Shown here: positions 31,421 through 38,614 of the stretch, one piece after another
Layout: each line of letters opens with the position of its first letter
How positions within the stretch are numbered: position 1 is the first letter of the stretch
Source of the DNA: an uncultured Dehalococcoidia bacterium
GTDB lineage: Bacteria; Chloroflexota; Dehalococcoidia; SM23-28-2
Assembly: GCA_964354065.1 (NCBI GenBank)
Contig: CAYGYF010000001.1
Span: 1-42,096, forward strand
Reading direction: 5' to 3'
DNA: 42,096 nt
Program-made: the position numbers and the translations under genes
The notes under the pieces: generated by a model
What the model saw: only the letters and a program-made list of their open reading frames with translations
What the model was told of the DNA's origin: nothing
Database searches by the model: none

Positions 31421-32911
31421 TCAGTACACCCCATACCAGTCCCCGAGCCCCGCGATCACACTCGGCGCCTCGGCCCAGAAGGCCATCGCCACGGCATCCC
31501 CATCGTCGGTGCTCCTCCCGATCCTCTTGCGGATATCGTCCTTCGCCTCGACCTGGATCTTCCCCCCTGACATCACCCTCCAGTGGGGTGCCGTCAGGTC
31601 CCCGATCAGCAGGTCATCCGGCGGCAGCGCCACCTCGTGGCCGCCCGCCGGGTCGAGTAGCTCCCGGAGGTTCCACCACGCCGCGCTCCTCTTGTTTACG
31701 AAACCCAGCTCCCCGCCCTTGTCGGTCGCTTTCGTTCCCTCGCTCGCGTTGAATGCCAGTACCTGGCAGCCCTGCTCCCGCAGGCGATCGACCACGCCGG
31801 CGCCGATCCCGATCACGTCCACCGCCGCCTCTCCGCCCTGGGCCTGTAGGATCCCCGCCACCAGGCCCGTCGTTGCCATCGTATCCTGCCGGGAGAAGCG
31901 CCGCAGCTCCCGGATCGCGTTGCCGTGTCGCATCGCCAGCACCGTCTGGTCGGAGCCCGAGCGCGCCACGTCCACGCCGACCCGCGTGAAGGGTCCCCAC
32001 TCGCCCGCGTCCTGCAGCGCCAGCCATCGCCTATTCGCGGCCTCCACGTGCGCGAGGGGGATAATGCCATCGGCCTCACTTGAGGCGAACTCGCCGATAA
32101 CACGGTTCTGGTAGACCGCCGAGTCCTCGCCCCACTGGGCCCGCCGCTGCTCGGCCCACTCCGCGCTGACTCGGCCAGCAGCTATGCACTCGTCGAGGCG
32201 GACGTGCTTAACCCACCAGTCGTCGAGGCCCGGCTTTCGGGCGTGGATGTCGTAGAAGCGGCCTTGCGGCTCGCCGGGCGTGCTGACAGCCAGCGCATAG
32301 GTATCTCCGCCGGCCAGGGCGCCCTCGGCCGCGTCCCACGTCGCGGCCGGGATGGTCTTCGCCTCGTCGAACACGTAGAGGAGGCTATCCGCGTGGGCAC
32401 CCTCGATAAGCTCCGCCGTATCGCTAGCGACCGCGAAGGCCTCGCCGGTCCTTAGCCGGAGGTTGAGCTGCAGGAGATGGCCGCCGACCTCGAAGGGTTC
32501 CCTTCCAAGCAGATCCCAGCGTAGCCGCCGCGCCCACTTGTGAATCTCAGGCCAGAGATAGTGGGTCAACTGCCGCCAGGCACTGGCGGTCGTGACGATC
32601 TTCCAGTCGACCCGTCGGCTGTCCCGGGTCAGGGCGAACCAGTGCACGATCCACGCGACGAGCGCGGTCTTGCCCGCCCCATGCGGGCTGCGCACCGCCA
32701 CCCGCCGGCGCTGGGGCAGTTCCTCCAGCACCTCCATCTGGTACGCGGCCGGCCTCTCTCCGTCACCCCACCGCAGGCACTCGCGCACGAACAGCGCCGG
32801 CTGGTCCTTGTACCGCAGCAGCCGGCGATCGGCCTCGTCCAGGTAAGTCTCAAGTTCCTCCCGCTGCTCCAGGCTCAAGGATAGCCCGGATGCGGGCGAG
32901 TAGCTCGTCAT
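31421..32911 (-). CDS. terL: terminase large subunit
   Basis: Track ORF. Walker A-like RSPHGAGKTALVAW. Has the two-domain ATPase-nuclease size. Located upstream of the portal gene. Confidence 0.85.
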   Translation of the reverse strand: MTSYSPASGLSLSLEQREELETYLDEADRRLLRYKDQPALFVRECLRWGDGERPAAYQMEVLEELPQRRRVAVRSPHGAGKTALVAWIVHWFALTRDSRRVDWKIVTTASAWRQLTHYLWPEIHKWARRLRWDLLGREPFEVGGHLLQLNLRLRTGEAFAVASDTAELIEGAHADSLLYVFDEAKTIPAATWDAAEGALAGGDTYALAVSTPGEPQGRFYDIHARKPGLDDWWVKHVRLDECIAAGRVSAEWAEQRRAQWGEDSAVYQNRVIGEFASSEADGIIPLAHVEAANRRWLALQDAGEWGPFTRVGVDVARSGSDQTVLAMRHGNAIRELRRFSRQDTMATTGLVAGILQAQGGEAAVDVIGIGAGVVDRLREQGCQVLAFNASEGTKATDKGGELGFVNKRSAAWWNLRELLDPAGGHEVALPPDDLLIGDLTAPHWRVMSGGKIQVEAKDDIRKRIGRSTDDGDAVAMAFWAEAPSVIAGLGDWYGVY

Positions 32912-33578
32912 CCGATAGCCCCTCGACGGAGACCCTCACCGGGCCGCCGCCCTTGCCCGTCACCTCGCTGCGCTCGGTCGGCTGGCCCGAGTCCAGGCGC
33001 TCAAGCTTCTGCCCGATCTCGATGGCCTGGACGGCCAGCCCGGCCATCTCCAGGATGCTCTTGCGCTCATCCTCGATTCGCTCGACGGTGCCGTCCCGGT
33101 GGCGCGTGATCCGCACCGACTTCGTCCGCGCCTCGGTCAGCCGGTTGAGGCCGCCGCCCTGCACCACCTCGAGGATCCGCGTCGCCACCGATCGCCCCAT
33201 CTGCCGCAGGGCCCAGTCCTCAGTCTCGTGCAGCTCCTTCTGCTCGGCCCGCTGCTCGGCCTTCCGGATCGCCGCCTCGATCAGGACCTTGTCGGCGGCC
33301 TTCTGCGCCTTCTCCTGCTGGTGCTCATCCCAGGCGCGGCAGCGGTCTCTCCAGTGCCACTTCGCCGACCACTCCTTCCACCACGAGTAGTACGGTTTCC
33401 GGGCGGTCTTGGGAAGGTCCTTGACGCCGGTCGCCTTGGCGACGCTACGCTCCCGAGGGGGCAGGTCCCGATACCGCAGGAAGGCGGCGTAGGCCTTCTC
33501 GCCCTCGCGCGGCTGCCGATGCCAGGGCTGGTGTATCCCAGGGGGCCGCTTCGGGGCCTCGCCCTCCTCATCCGACAC
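32850..33578 (-). CDS. terS: terminase small subunit
   Basis: Track ORF directly upstream of and overlapping terL. The N-terminal EKAYAAFLRYRDLPPRERS is HTH-like, and the middle is coiled-coil. Confidence 0.6.
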   Translation of the reverse strand: MSDEEGEAPKRPPGIHQPWHRQPREGEKAYAAFLRYRDLPPRERSVAKATGVKDLPKTARKPYYSWWKEWSAKWHWRDRCRAWDEHQQEKAQKAADKVLIEAAIRKAEQRAEQKELHETEDWALRQMGRSVATRILEVVQGGGLNRLTEARTKSVRITRHRDGTVERIEDERKSILEMAGLAVQAIEIGQKLERLDSGQPTERSEVTGKGGGPVRVSVEGLSDDELLARIRAILEPGAAGGT

Positions 33579-33768
33579 GTTGCGACTCCTTCACTCGCCA
33601 GCGCCGACGCACCTGCTGCTGCATGATCTGCGTGCCACCGATGCTGCCGACCGCCTTCTTCCACTGCCTCCACTTGCCGCACGAAGGACAACCCCCCGCT
33701 CGCAGGTAGGCCCCGCGGGTGTGGCAGGCGAGGCAGCGCGGGCAGACTACCTCCAGCGAGTCAGCCAT
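33568..33768 (-). CDS. Cys4 zinc-ribbon small protein (66 aa)
   Basis: Track ORF. Contains CPRC ... CPSC. Confidence 0.5.
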   Translation of the reverse strand: MADSLEVVCPRCLACHTRGAYLRAGGCPSCGKWRQWKKAVGSIGGTQIMQQQVRRRWRVKESQRVG

Positions 33769-33777
33769 TGCTTCTCA

Positions 33778-34266
33778 TCACCCCGCGCCCATCGGCAGGG
33801 GGATCGTCGCCATTGAATGCAATGCCAGCAGGCCCAGGACCCGAGTGTCGATCTTCATGCCCCGCTTGCCCGCCGGTGTGATGTCAACCGCGGCCACCTC
33901 TGCAGCCGTGGCCCAACCCAGGAGGCGGCCCCGCTGGTGCTCCATATCGATCTGCGCCAGAGGATAGTACTTGGCAGTCAACTCGTCTCCTGCAGGTATC
34001 AGCAGGAGGGGCGTTGGCCCGAGGTAGTCAATGGCCTTCACGTCGACCTTACCGAGGAAGTCGGTGCCGTCGTCGGGACCGCCGAGGACGCGAGGCTTTT
34101 CGCCGCCCGACCAGAGCCTCCAGACCTGCTCGCCGAGGACACCGAGAAAGTGTGTCGCGATCCGAGTGCGGGCAAGGTTGCCATCGTAGTCGTGCGTGGC
34201 ATCCCGCTCGCGAGCCATCTCCATCGACTCCGCCCAAACCTCGATCAGCGAAATCCAGTCAGTCAC
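33778..34266 (-). CDS. hypothetical protein (162 aa), possible PD-(D/E)xK-like motif
   Basis: GTG 34266 is preceded by AGGAAAGGG; the track start is 34293. GPDDGTDFLGKVDVKAI resembles a D...(D/E)-x-K nuclease core. Weak evidence. Confidence 0.5.
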   Translation of the reverse strand: MTDWISLIEVWAESMEMARERDATHDYDGNLARTRIATHFLGVLGEQVWRLWSGGEKPRVLGGPDDGTDFLGKVDVKAIDYLGPTPLLLIPAGDELTAKYYPLAQIDMEHQRGRLLGWATAAEVAAVDITPAGKRGMKIDTRVLGLLALHSMATIPLPMGAG

Positions 34267-34335
34267 GTTCCGCCCTTTCCTGCGCCGACCCACATGGCCC
34301 CTGGCGATATTGCTGCTGGTTCATGCACGATCTGC

Positions 34336-34403
34336 GGCCATCTTATCGCGCCGAGATGGTGCCCGGGGAGGTATATCCGGGCCATCTTATCGCGCCGAGA
34401 TGG
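34336..34403. promoter_or_regulatory. two identical 24-bp sites with inverted-repeat ends (operator-like), 44 bp apart
   Basis: GGCCATCTTATCGCGCCGAGATGG occurs at 34336-34359 and 34380-34403. Each site has CCATCT ... AGATGG arms. They lie in the 194-bp gap between the methylase gene and the next gene. Confidence 0.6.
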
Positions 34404-34460
34404 CCATAGACCGGCAACCTCGTCGAGCGCCTATGGCCGCGTTCATGGCCTGTTACTGCG

Positions 34461-35723
34461 CTAGTCACATTCCGCCTTCTCCCCGGTCAGACCCTCCCAC
34501 CTGGCGAGGATAACATCGCAGTAGTGCGCATCCAGGTCGAAGCCAAAACAGCGCCGGCCGGTGCGCTCGGCGGCCATGATGGCGGTGCCCGATCCCAGGA
34601 AGGCGTCCACCACCAGGTGGCCGAGTTCGGTGGCATTCGAGATCGTGCGCTCGATCAGCGCCAGCGGCTTCATGGTCGGGTGCAGATCGTTGGCGAGGGG
34701 CTTGTCGTGCTCCCACACCGTGCGCTCGTTGGTGGGACCGTGCCAACGGGGGGCCTGACCTCGCTTGAACGCGTAGAAGCAGGGCTCGTACCAGTGCTTG
34801 TATTGGGCGAAGAGCGCACCGGCGCCGTTGTTCTTCACCCACACCAGCAGGTTCCGTTCCTGCCAGCCGGTCTCGGCCAGGCAGTCGAGTACGTGGCGCA
34901 AATGGGTGCTAGCGAACCACAGGTAGAGGGGGGCTTTGTCGTCGGAGTGCTGATGCGCTAGGCCCAGACTGCCTACGAGCAAGGCCCGGTACTGCTCCGG
35001 CGTCAGATCGTCCCAGTAGGCGTCGGGCTCCTGCCCATCGGCTCCCCGGCGATGCGCGGAGATGCGCTCCTCCTGGGCGGCCCGGCCGCCAACGTAGTTG
35101 ATGCCAGAGGGCGGATCAGTGACGACGGCGTGTGCGAGTTCGCCGGCCATCAGGCGCTGCCAGTTCGCGGGGTCCGTGGCATCGCCGCACATCACCCGAT
35201 GCCGCCCCAGCGCCCACACCTCGCCCGCCTGCACCCGCGTCGGCCCCTGCTGTACCTCGGGGACCTCTTTCTCCTCGCGCCTCTTCATCTCCCGCGTGCG
35301 CAGGCCCGCGAGCAGGTCCTTAAGGCCGGCGTCCGAGTACCCACTCGCGGGCAGTTCGCCGCGGCCCTGCAGGTCCTGGAGCAGGGAGGCCAACGCCCCC
35401 TCGTCCGGCTCCGCGAGCGTGGCGAGGTAGTTGTCGGCGACGATGTAACTCTCGGGATGGTCGCCGGCATAGACTCCGCAGGCGATGCGCGTCCAGCCGA
35501 TCGACTGTGCGGCCTCGACCAGGCCGTGGCCGGCGAGGATGGTGCCATCGGAGGTGATGACGACGTTCTTGACCTGTCCGTGGTCACGGAGGGACTGCCC
35601 GAGGCGGGCGATCTGGTCGCTGCTGTGGCGATTGTAGTTTTGGGGGTGCGGGCGCAGACTCGCCAGGTCCCGCATCTCGATGCGAAGCGTGGCCTCATCA
35701 GCCGCAGGCGTGATGGTGCTCAT
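34461..35723 (-). CDS. ParB-like nuclease domain / DNA methyltransferase (N6A/N4C, PF01555-type) fusion
   Basis: ParB box LRPHPQNYNRH. Motif IV-like TDPPSG (35117-35106). Motif I DAFLGSGT near the C-terminus. ATG 35723 is preferred over track GTG 35741. Confidence 0.8.
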   Translation of the reverse strand: MSTITPAADEATLRIEMRDLASLRPHPQNYNRHSSDQIARLGQSLRDHGQVKNVVITSDGTILAGHGLVEAAQSIGWTRIACGVYAGDHPESYIVADNYLATLAEPDEGALASLLQDLQGRGELPASGYSDAGLKDLLAGLRTREMKRREEKEVPEVQQGPTRVQAGEVWALGRHRVMCGDATDPANWQRLMAGELAHAVVTDPPSGINYVGGRAAQEERISAHRRGADGQEPDAYWDDLTPEQYRALLVGSLGLAHQHSDDKAPLYLWFASTHLRHVLDCLAETGWQERNLLVWVKNNGAGALFAQYKHWYEPCFYAFKRGQAPRWHGPTNERTVWEHDKPLANDLHPTMKPLALIERTISNATELGHLVVDAFLGSGTAIMAAERTGRRCFGFDLDAHYCDVILARWEGLTGEKAECD

Positions 35724-35729
35724 GCGCGC

Positions 35730-35757
35730 AGTATACCACACCCGGGCCTCAGCACAA
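35730..35757 (-). promoter_or_regulatory. candidate promoter for the methylase gene, possibly giving a near-leaderless mRNA
   Basis: Minus strand reads TTGTGC (35757-35752), 16 nt, TGG-TATACT (-10 at 35735-35730). Only 6 nt lie between the -10 and ATG 35723, with no SD sequence. Confidence 0.35.
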
Positions 35758-35772
35758 GGGCCGAGGCCCGGG
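35741..35772. promoter_or_regulatory. 10-bp perfect inverted repeat in divergent control region (operator or bidirectional hairpin)
   Basis: CCCGGGCCTC (35741-35750), 12 nt, GAGGCCCGGG (35763-35772). It brackets the candidate -35. Confidence 0.5.
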
Positions 35773-35788
35773 GGAACGCACGCCTCAC

Positions 35789-35974
35789 ATGGGTCGCGGG
35801 CGGGGCCTGCGCGAACTGGACAGGCTCCTCTACCTAACCGGCTGGACGCTGGGCCGCCGCCACGCCGGGCAGCCCGAGTGCAGGCTGGCGGGCTGGATCT
35901 CCCCCCTCGAGGATCTCAAGGCGGTGAAGGCGGAGCTGACCAGGCTCGCCCTCAAGTACGACGAGGTGGACTAG
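35789..35974 (+). CDS. hypothetical small protein (61 aa)
   Basis: Track ORF. Codon position 3 is almost all G/C. Stops 2 nt before the amidotransferase ATG. Confidence 0.55.
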   Translation: MGRGRGLRELDRLLYLTGWTLGRRHAGQPECRLAGWISPLEDLKAVKAELTRLALKYDEVD

Positions 35975-35976
35975 TT

Positions 35977-36744
35977 ATGTGCGGCGTCTTCGGATTCGTC
36001 GGCGATCTTCCCGCCACGGAATGGCGCAAGGCGCATCGCCTGCTGCAGGCGCTCGCGGCCGCGCACGAGGACCGCGGCGTGGACGCGGCGGGCTACGCCG
36101 CGCTGCCCACCCGCGGCGAGATGCTTTGGCAGCGTCGGCCGGGACCGGCCCGAGAGCTGTTCGAGGACGTGGGCTTCGCCGCCCTGCGCAGGCGCCGGAT
36201 CCTCCTGGCGATCGGACACACCCGCCTCGCCACCAACGGCGTCCCCGCCGTGAACGGGAACAACCACCCCCACCTGGCGGGCGAGTGGGCGCTCGTCCAC
36301 AATGGGTTCGTCCCCGACCACGCCGGGATCGCCGCCTCCCTCCGCCTGCCGCTGCGCAGCGAGTGCGATTCGGAGATCCTGGTCCGGGCGCTCGAGGCCT
36401 ACGGCGAGCAGCACGGCCCGGGCGTGTGCGCAGCCATCGGCGGGTCGCAGTCGGTACTGGCGATCAACGGGCACACCCGCCGGCTCCTGGCGTGGACGAA
36501 CGGCAGGATGCCGCTAGTCGCCTTCCGCGTGAAGGGCTGGCGGGCGATCTGGTGGGCGTCGACACAGGCGCTCGCCGAGGATGCACTGGCTGAGGGCGGC
36601 TTCGAGGCGACGTTCGCGGTAGCCACGCCCGGCCGCCTCTACCAGTTTGAGGCACAGGGAGGCCGGGTCACCCAGACGCCCCGCCCCCTGGCCGCCCCCG
36701 CCGGCCGCGCCTCCCCCGCGACTCCCGGTTCAGCGCCGCGATAA
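35977..36744 (+). CDS. class II (Ntn) glutamine amidotransferase domain protein (255 aa)
   Basis: ATG 35977 with GAGGTGG 8 nt upstream. N-terminal MCGVFGFVG supplies the catalytic Cys2. GHTRLATNG, NNHPH, LVHNGFV and SECDSEILV are the canonical GATase-2 motifs. No synthase domain is attached. Confidence 0.8.
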   Translation: MCGVFGFVGDLPATEWRKAHRLLQALAAAHEDRGVDAAGYAALPTRGEMLWQRRPGPARELFEDVGFAALRRRRILLAIGHTRLATNGVPAVNGNNHPHLAGEWALVHNGFVPDHAGIAASLRLPLRSECDSEILVRALEAYGEQHGPGVCAAIGGSQSVLAINGHTRRLLAWTNGRMPLVAFRVKGWRAIWWASTQALAEDALAEGGFEATFAVATPGRLYQFEAQGGRVTQTPRPLAAPAGRASPATPGSAPR

Positions 36745-37192
36745 CCTCCGGCGGCCGGTGGTCGGTGAGTACGTTGATCGCGCGCAGGCCAACCCCGAGG
36801 CAGTCCCGGACATGCTCCGGGACCCGTTTCCCCCTCGCGTTCCGCGGCCGCCCGAACTTCTGCCAGGCGATCAGGGCATCGCTGTCCTCGACCGTCGAGA
36901 CGCGCTCGAAGCGCAGCCGGCCGCCATACATTCCCTCCAGGAAGCCCGCCTGCGATTCCTGCTGCCGGCCCACGTCCCGCTTCGGCCCGCTCCCGATCGA
37001 AAAGGTTTGCTCGACTGCCAGCACCGTCGCCCCACGGCGAGCAATCAGATCGTCGATGTAGGCGAGCACCGGCGGCCCCCAGGCGTCGAAGGCCCGCCAC
37101 TCCAGGAGCACGGGTGAGTCCCAGGTGCCGAGGACGCAGCAGACGACGGGATGAGTGCCGAGATCGACCGCTATGACCACCTGCAGGGCCAC
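36668..37192 (-). CDS. RuvC-like Holliday junction resolvase
   Basis: GTG 37192 has GGGAGG upstream; the alternative is ATG 37219. VIAVDLG, LAVEQTF and EHVRDCLGVG fit the RuvC acidic/His pattern. The last 77 nt overlap the convergent amidotransferase gene. Confidence 0.6.
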   Translation of the reverse strand: MALQVVIAVDLGTHPVVCCVLGTWDSPVLLEWRAFDAWGPPVLAYIDDLIARRGATVLAVEQTFSIGSGPKRDVGRQQESQAGFLEGMYGGRLRFERVSTVEDSDALIAWQKFGRPRNARGKRVPEHVRDCLGVGLRAINVLTDHRPPEVIAALNRESRGRRGRRGRPGGGASG

Positions 37193-37194
37193 GG

Positions 37195-37278
37195 CTACCG
37201 CCTCCCGTCCAGCGCCCATCCCAGGCCGTAGCCGAGGAGGGCGGAGACCAGGACCACCAGAACGTCGAGGAGGGTCAT
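37195..37278 (-). CDS. 27-aa transmembrane micro-protein
   Basis: Below the track cutoff. ATG 37278 overlaps the upstream stop (ATGA). MTLLDVLVVLVSALLGYGLGWALDGRR. G/C-rich third positions. Stop lies 2 nt before the RuvC-like GTG. Confidence 0.4.
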   Translation of the reverse strand: MTLLDVLVVLVSALLGYGLGWALDGRR

Positions 37279-37595
37279 CGGGCGGCCTCCAGCCTCGCCA
37301 TGAGCGCGTCGATCCGCAGCAGCGCCTCGTCGAGGGCCTGCTGGAGGATGTCCCGTTGGACGATGACCGACCTAGGTGAACAATAGGGGCAGGCCGCGGC
37401 GTTGTGATGATTGTCACCGAGAGGGGCGAATCGCGCTTCGGCGAGGGCCTGCTCCGCGGCCTCGGCCCGGGCGCGCTGGAAGTCATAGCAGCCCGAGGGC
37501 ACCGTCCTACATCGCCTCTGCTCTCCGCCCACGACTGGCTCACCACGGACTGTGCATACCTCTGACTCGGTAAGATGCTGACAGGTCTCAGCCAT
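37275..37595 (-). CDS. hypothetical Cys-containing protein (106 aa)
   Basis: Track ORF with a C-terminal coiled coil. Confidence 0.5.
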   Translation of the reverse strand: MAETCQHLTESEVCTVRGEPVVGGEQRRCRTVPSGCYDFQRARAEAAEQALAEARFAPLGDNHHNAAACPYCSPRSVIVQRDILQQALDEALLRIDALMARLEAAR

Positions 37596-37779
37596 CCTTC
37601 ACCTCCCCTTTCTCCGCCTCCTTGCAGGCCCGGCAACGGTCGCGGTCAACCTCATGGCGACCCCCTCGCCAGCAGGTACGCCGAGTCAACTCCTTGAATG
37701 TATCGGGCCACTTCACCACGACGAACCCCATAGACCCGTCCTCGCAGGGCGGGAACGCGGCGCGCAGGTCATCGGTCAT
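37588..37779 (-). CDS. Cys4 mini-protein, paralog A (63 aa)
   Basis: Track ORF. AAFPPCEDGS...TRRTCWRGG...CRACKEAEKGE aligns with the 38423..38614 product. Confidence 0.55.
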   Translation of the reverse strand: MTDDLRAAFPPCEDGSMGFVVVKWPDTFKELTRRTCWRGGRHEVDRDRCRACKEAEKGEVKDG

Positions 37780-38041
37780 CAGGGGCCTCCTTGCGCCGCC
37801 TCATCGCGGCATGGTGCTCCGTCTGCATGCCGCTGATGAAGGCCGCCAGGTCGCACAGACAGCCGGCGGCGAACAGGGTCGAGTGCGTTGGGAAGAATAC
37901 ATACTGCCTCCAAGGGCCTTCCCACCTGACCGCGCCCAAGGTCGCCCCACTGCGCCGGTTCTCGATCCGCCACACCCGCGTCTTGCGGCCGGGGTTCGGC
38001 TCCTCGACGGCGAGCATGTAAGGGCCGATGGTGTCAGGCAT
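37769..38041 (-). CDS. hypothetical protein (90 aa)
   Basis: ATG 38041 has GAGGAGG 6 nt upstream. Starts MPDTIGPYMLAVEEPNPGRKTRVWRIENRRSGATLGAVRWEGPWRQYVFFP. Confidence 0.6.
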   Translation of the reverse strand: MPDTIGPYMLAVEEPNPGRKTRVWRIENRRSGATLGAVRWEGPWRQYVFFPTHSTLFAAGCLCDLAAFISGMQTEHHAAMRRRKEAPDDR

Positions 38042-38426
38042 GTGAGTCCTCCTCGGGCACCAGCTCGAACTCCACGCGGAAGCAGGGCTCGTGCCAGGAT
38101 TCAATGCCACCGTTGATGATGGCATAGGCGGCACGGAAGTCATTCCAGTTCAGGAAACCTTCTCGTCGGCCCTCCGCGTCCCGAGCTAGCATTAGACCAT
38201 CCCACCTATTCGACAGGGGCATTGTGCTGTGGCCGACGCTTAGCTCGAAGTGAAGGCTCACGATTCGCACCCGCGCGAATGGCACTCCCGGCGGCCGCGC
38301 GAAGGCCGGGCGCGTGTAGCACTGGTGGATCGCACCAACCTTCCACCGGCGCTTGCCCCGGCGACGGGTCACGGTCTTTGACCCCGACAGGATCAGCAGC
38401 ACCATGGACTCGCGGAACAGTATCAC
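38034..38426 (-). CDS. ASCH domain protein
   Basis: GTG 38426 has GGAGGAG upstream and a GTGA overlap. LILSGSKTVTRR is the ASCH N-terminal signature. Confidence 0.6.
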   Translation of the reverse strand: MILFRESMVLLILSGSKTVTRRRGKRRWKVGAIHQCYTRPAFARPPGVPFARVRIVSLHFELSVGHSTMPLSNRWDGLMLARDAEGRREGFLNWNDFRAAYAIINGGIESWHEPCFRVEFELVPEEDSHA

Positions 38427-38614
38427 TTGCTCTCCTCCCCTTTCTCGGCCTCGCGGCAGGCCTGGCAGTCGGCGGCCGTGACAACCACGTGTGGCCGAAG
38501 GAGGCCATGGCCACTGCGCCAACAGAAACGAGTCTCCTCGCGGCGGCCGTCGAAGTGGATCACCACCATCGGCACGGAACCGGCCGCGCAGGCGGGGAAG
38601 GCGGCGGTCAGCAT
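38423..38614 (-). CDS. Cys4 mini-protein, paralog B (63 aa)
   Basis: ATG 38614 has AGGAGG upstream. Contains MLTAAFPACAAGS...TRFCWRSG...CQACREAEKGE. Confidence 0.55.
   Translation of the reverse strand: MLTAAFPACAAGSVPMVVIHFDGRREETRFCWRSGHGLLRPHVVVTAADCQACREAEKGEESK

Noticed and set aside
31173-31421. An 82-aa minus-strand ORF in the terminase-portal gap. It shares the peptide WMWRGCVREGSTALRQR with track ORF 40783..41574.
   Set aside because: The shared peptide is a by-product of the 52-bp DNA repeat. At the second locus the well-supported gene (41040..41945) reads the block in a different frame. Both shadow products are W/R/C-rich and look non-protein-like. I treat this as a DNA-level element, not a protein family.
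35680-35976. In-frame upstream extension of the amidotransferase ORF (the track starts it at 35680).
   Set aside because: Class II amidotransferases need Cys as the mature N-terminal residue. ATG 35977 followed by Cys has a GAGGTGG site. The extension would overlap the methylase start region and the separate 61-aa ORF.
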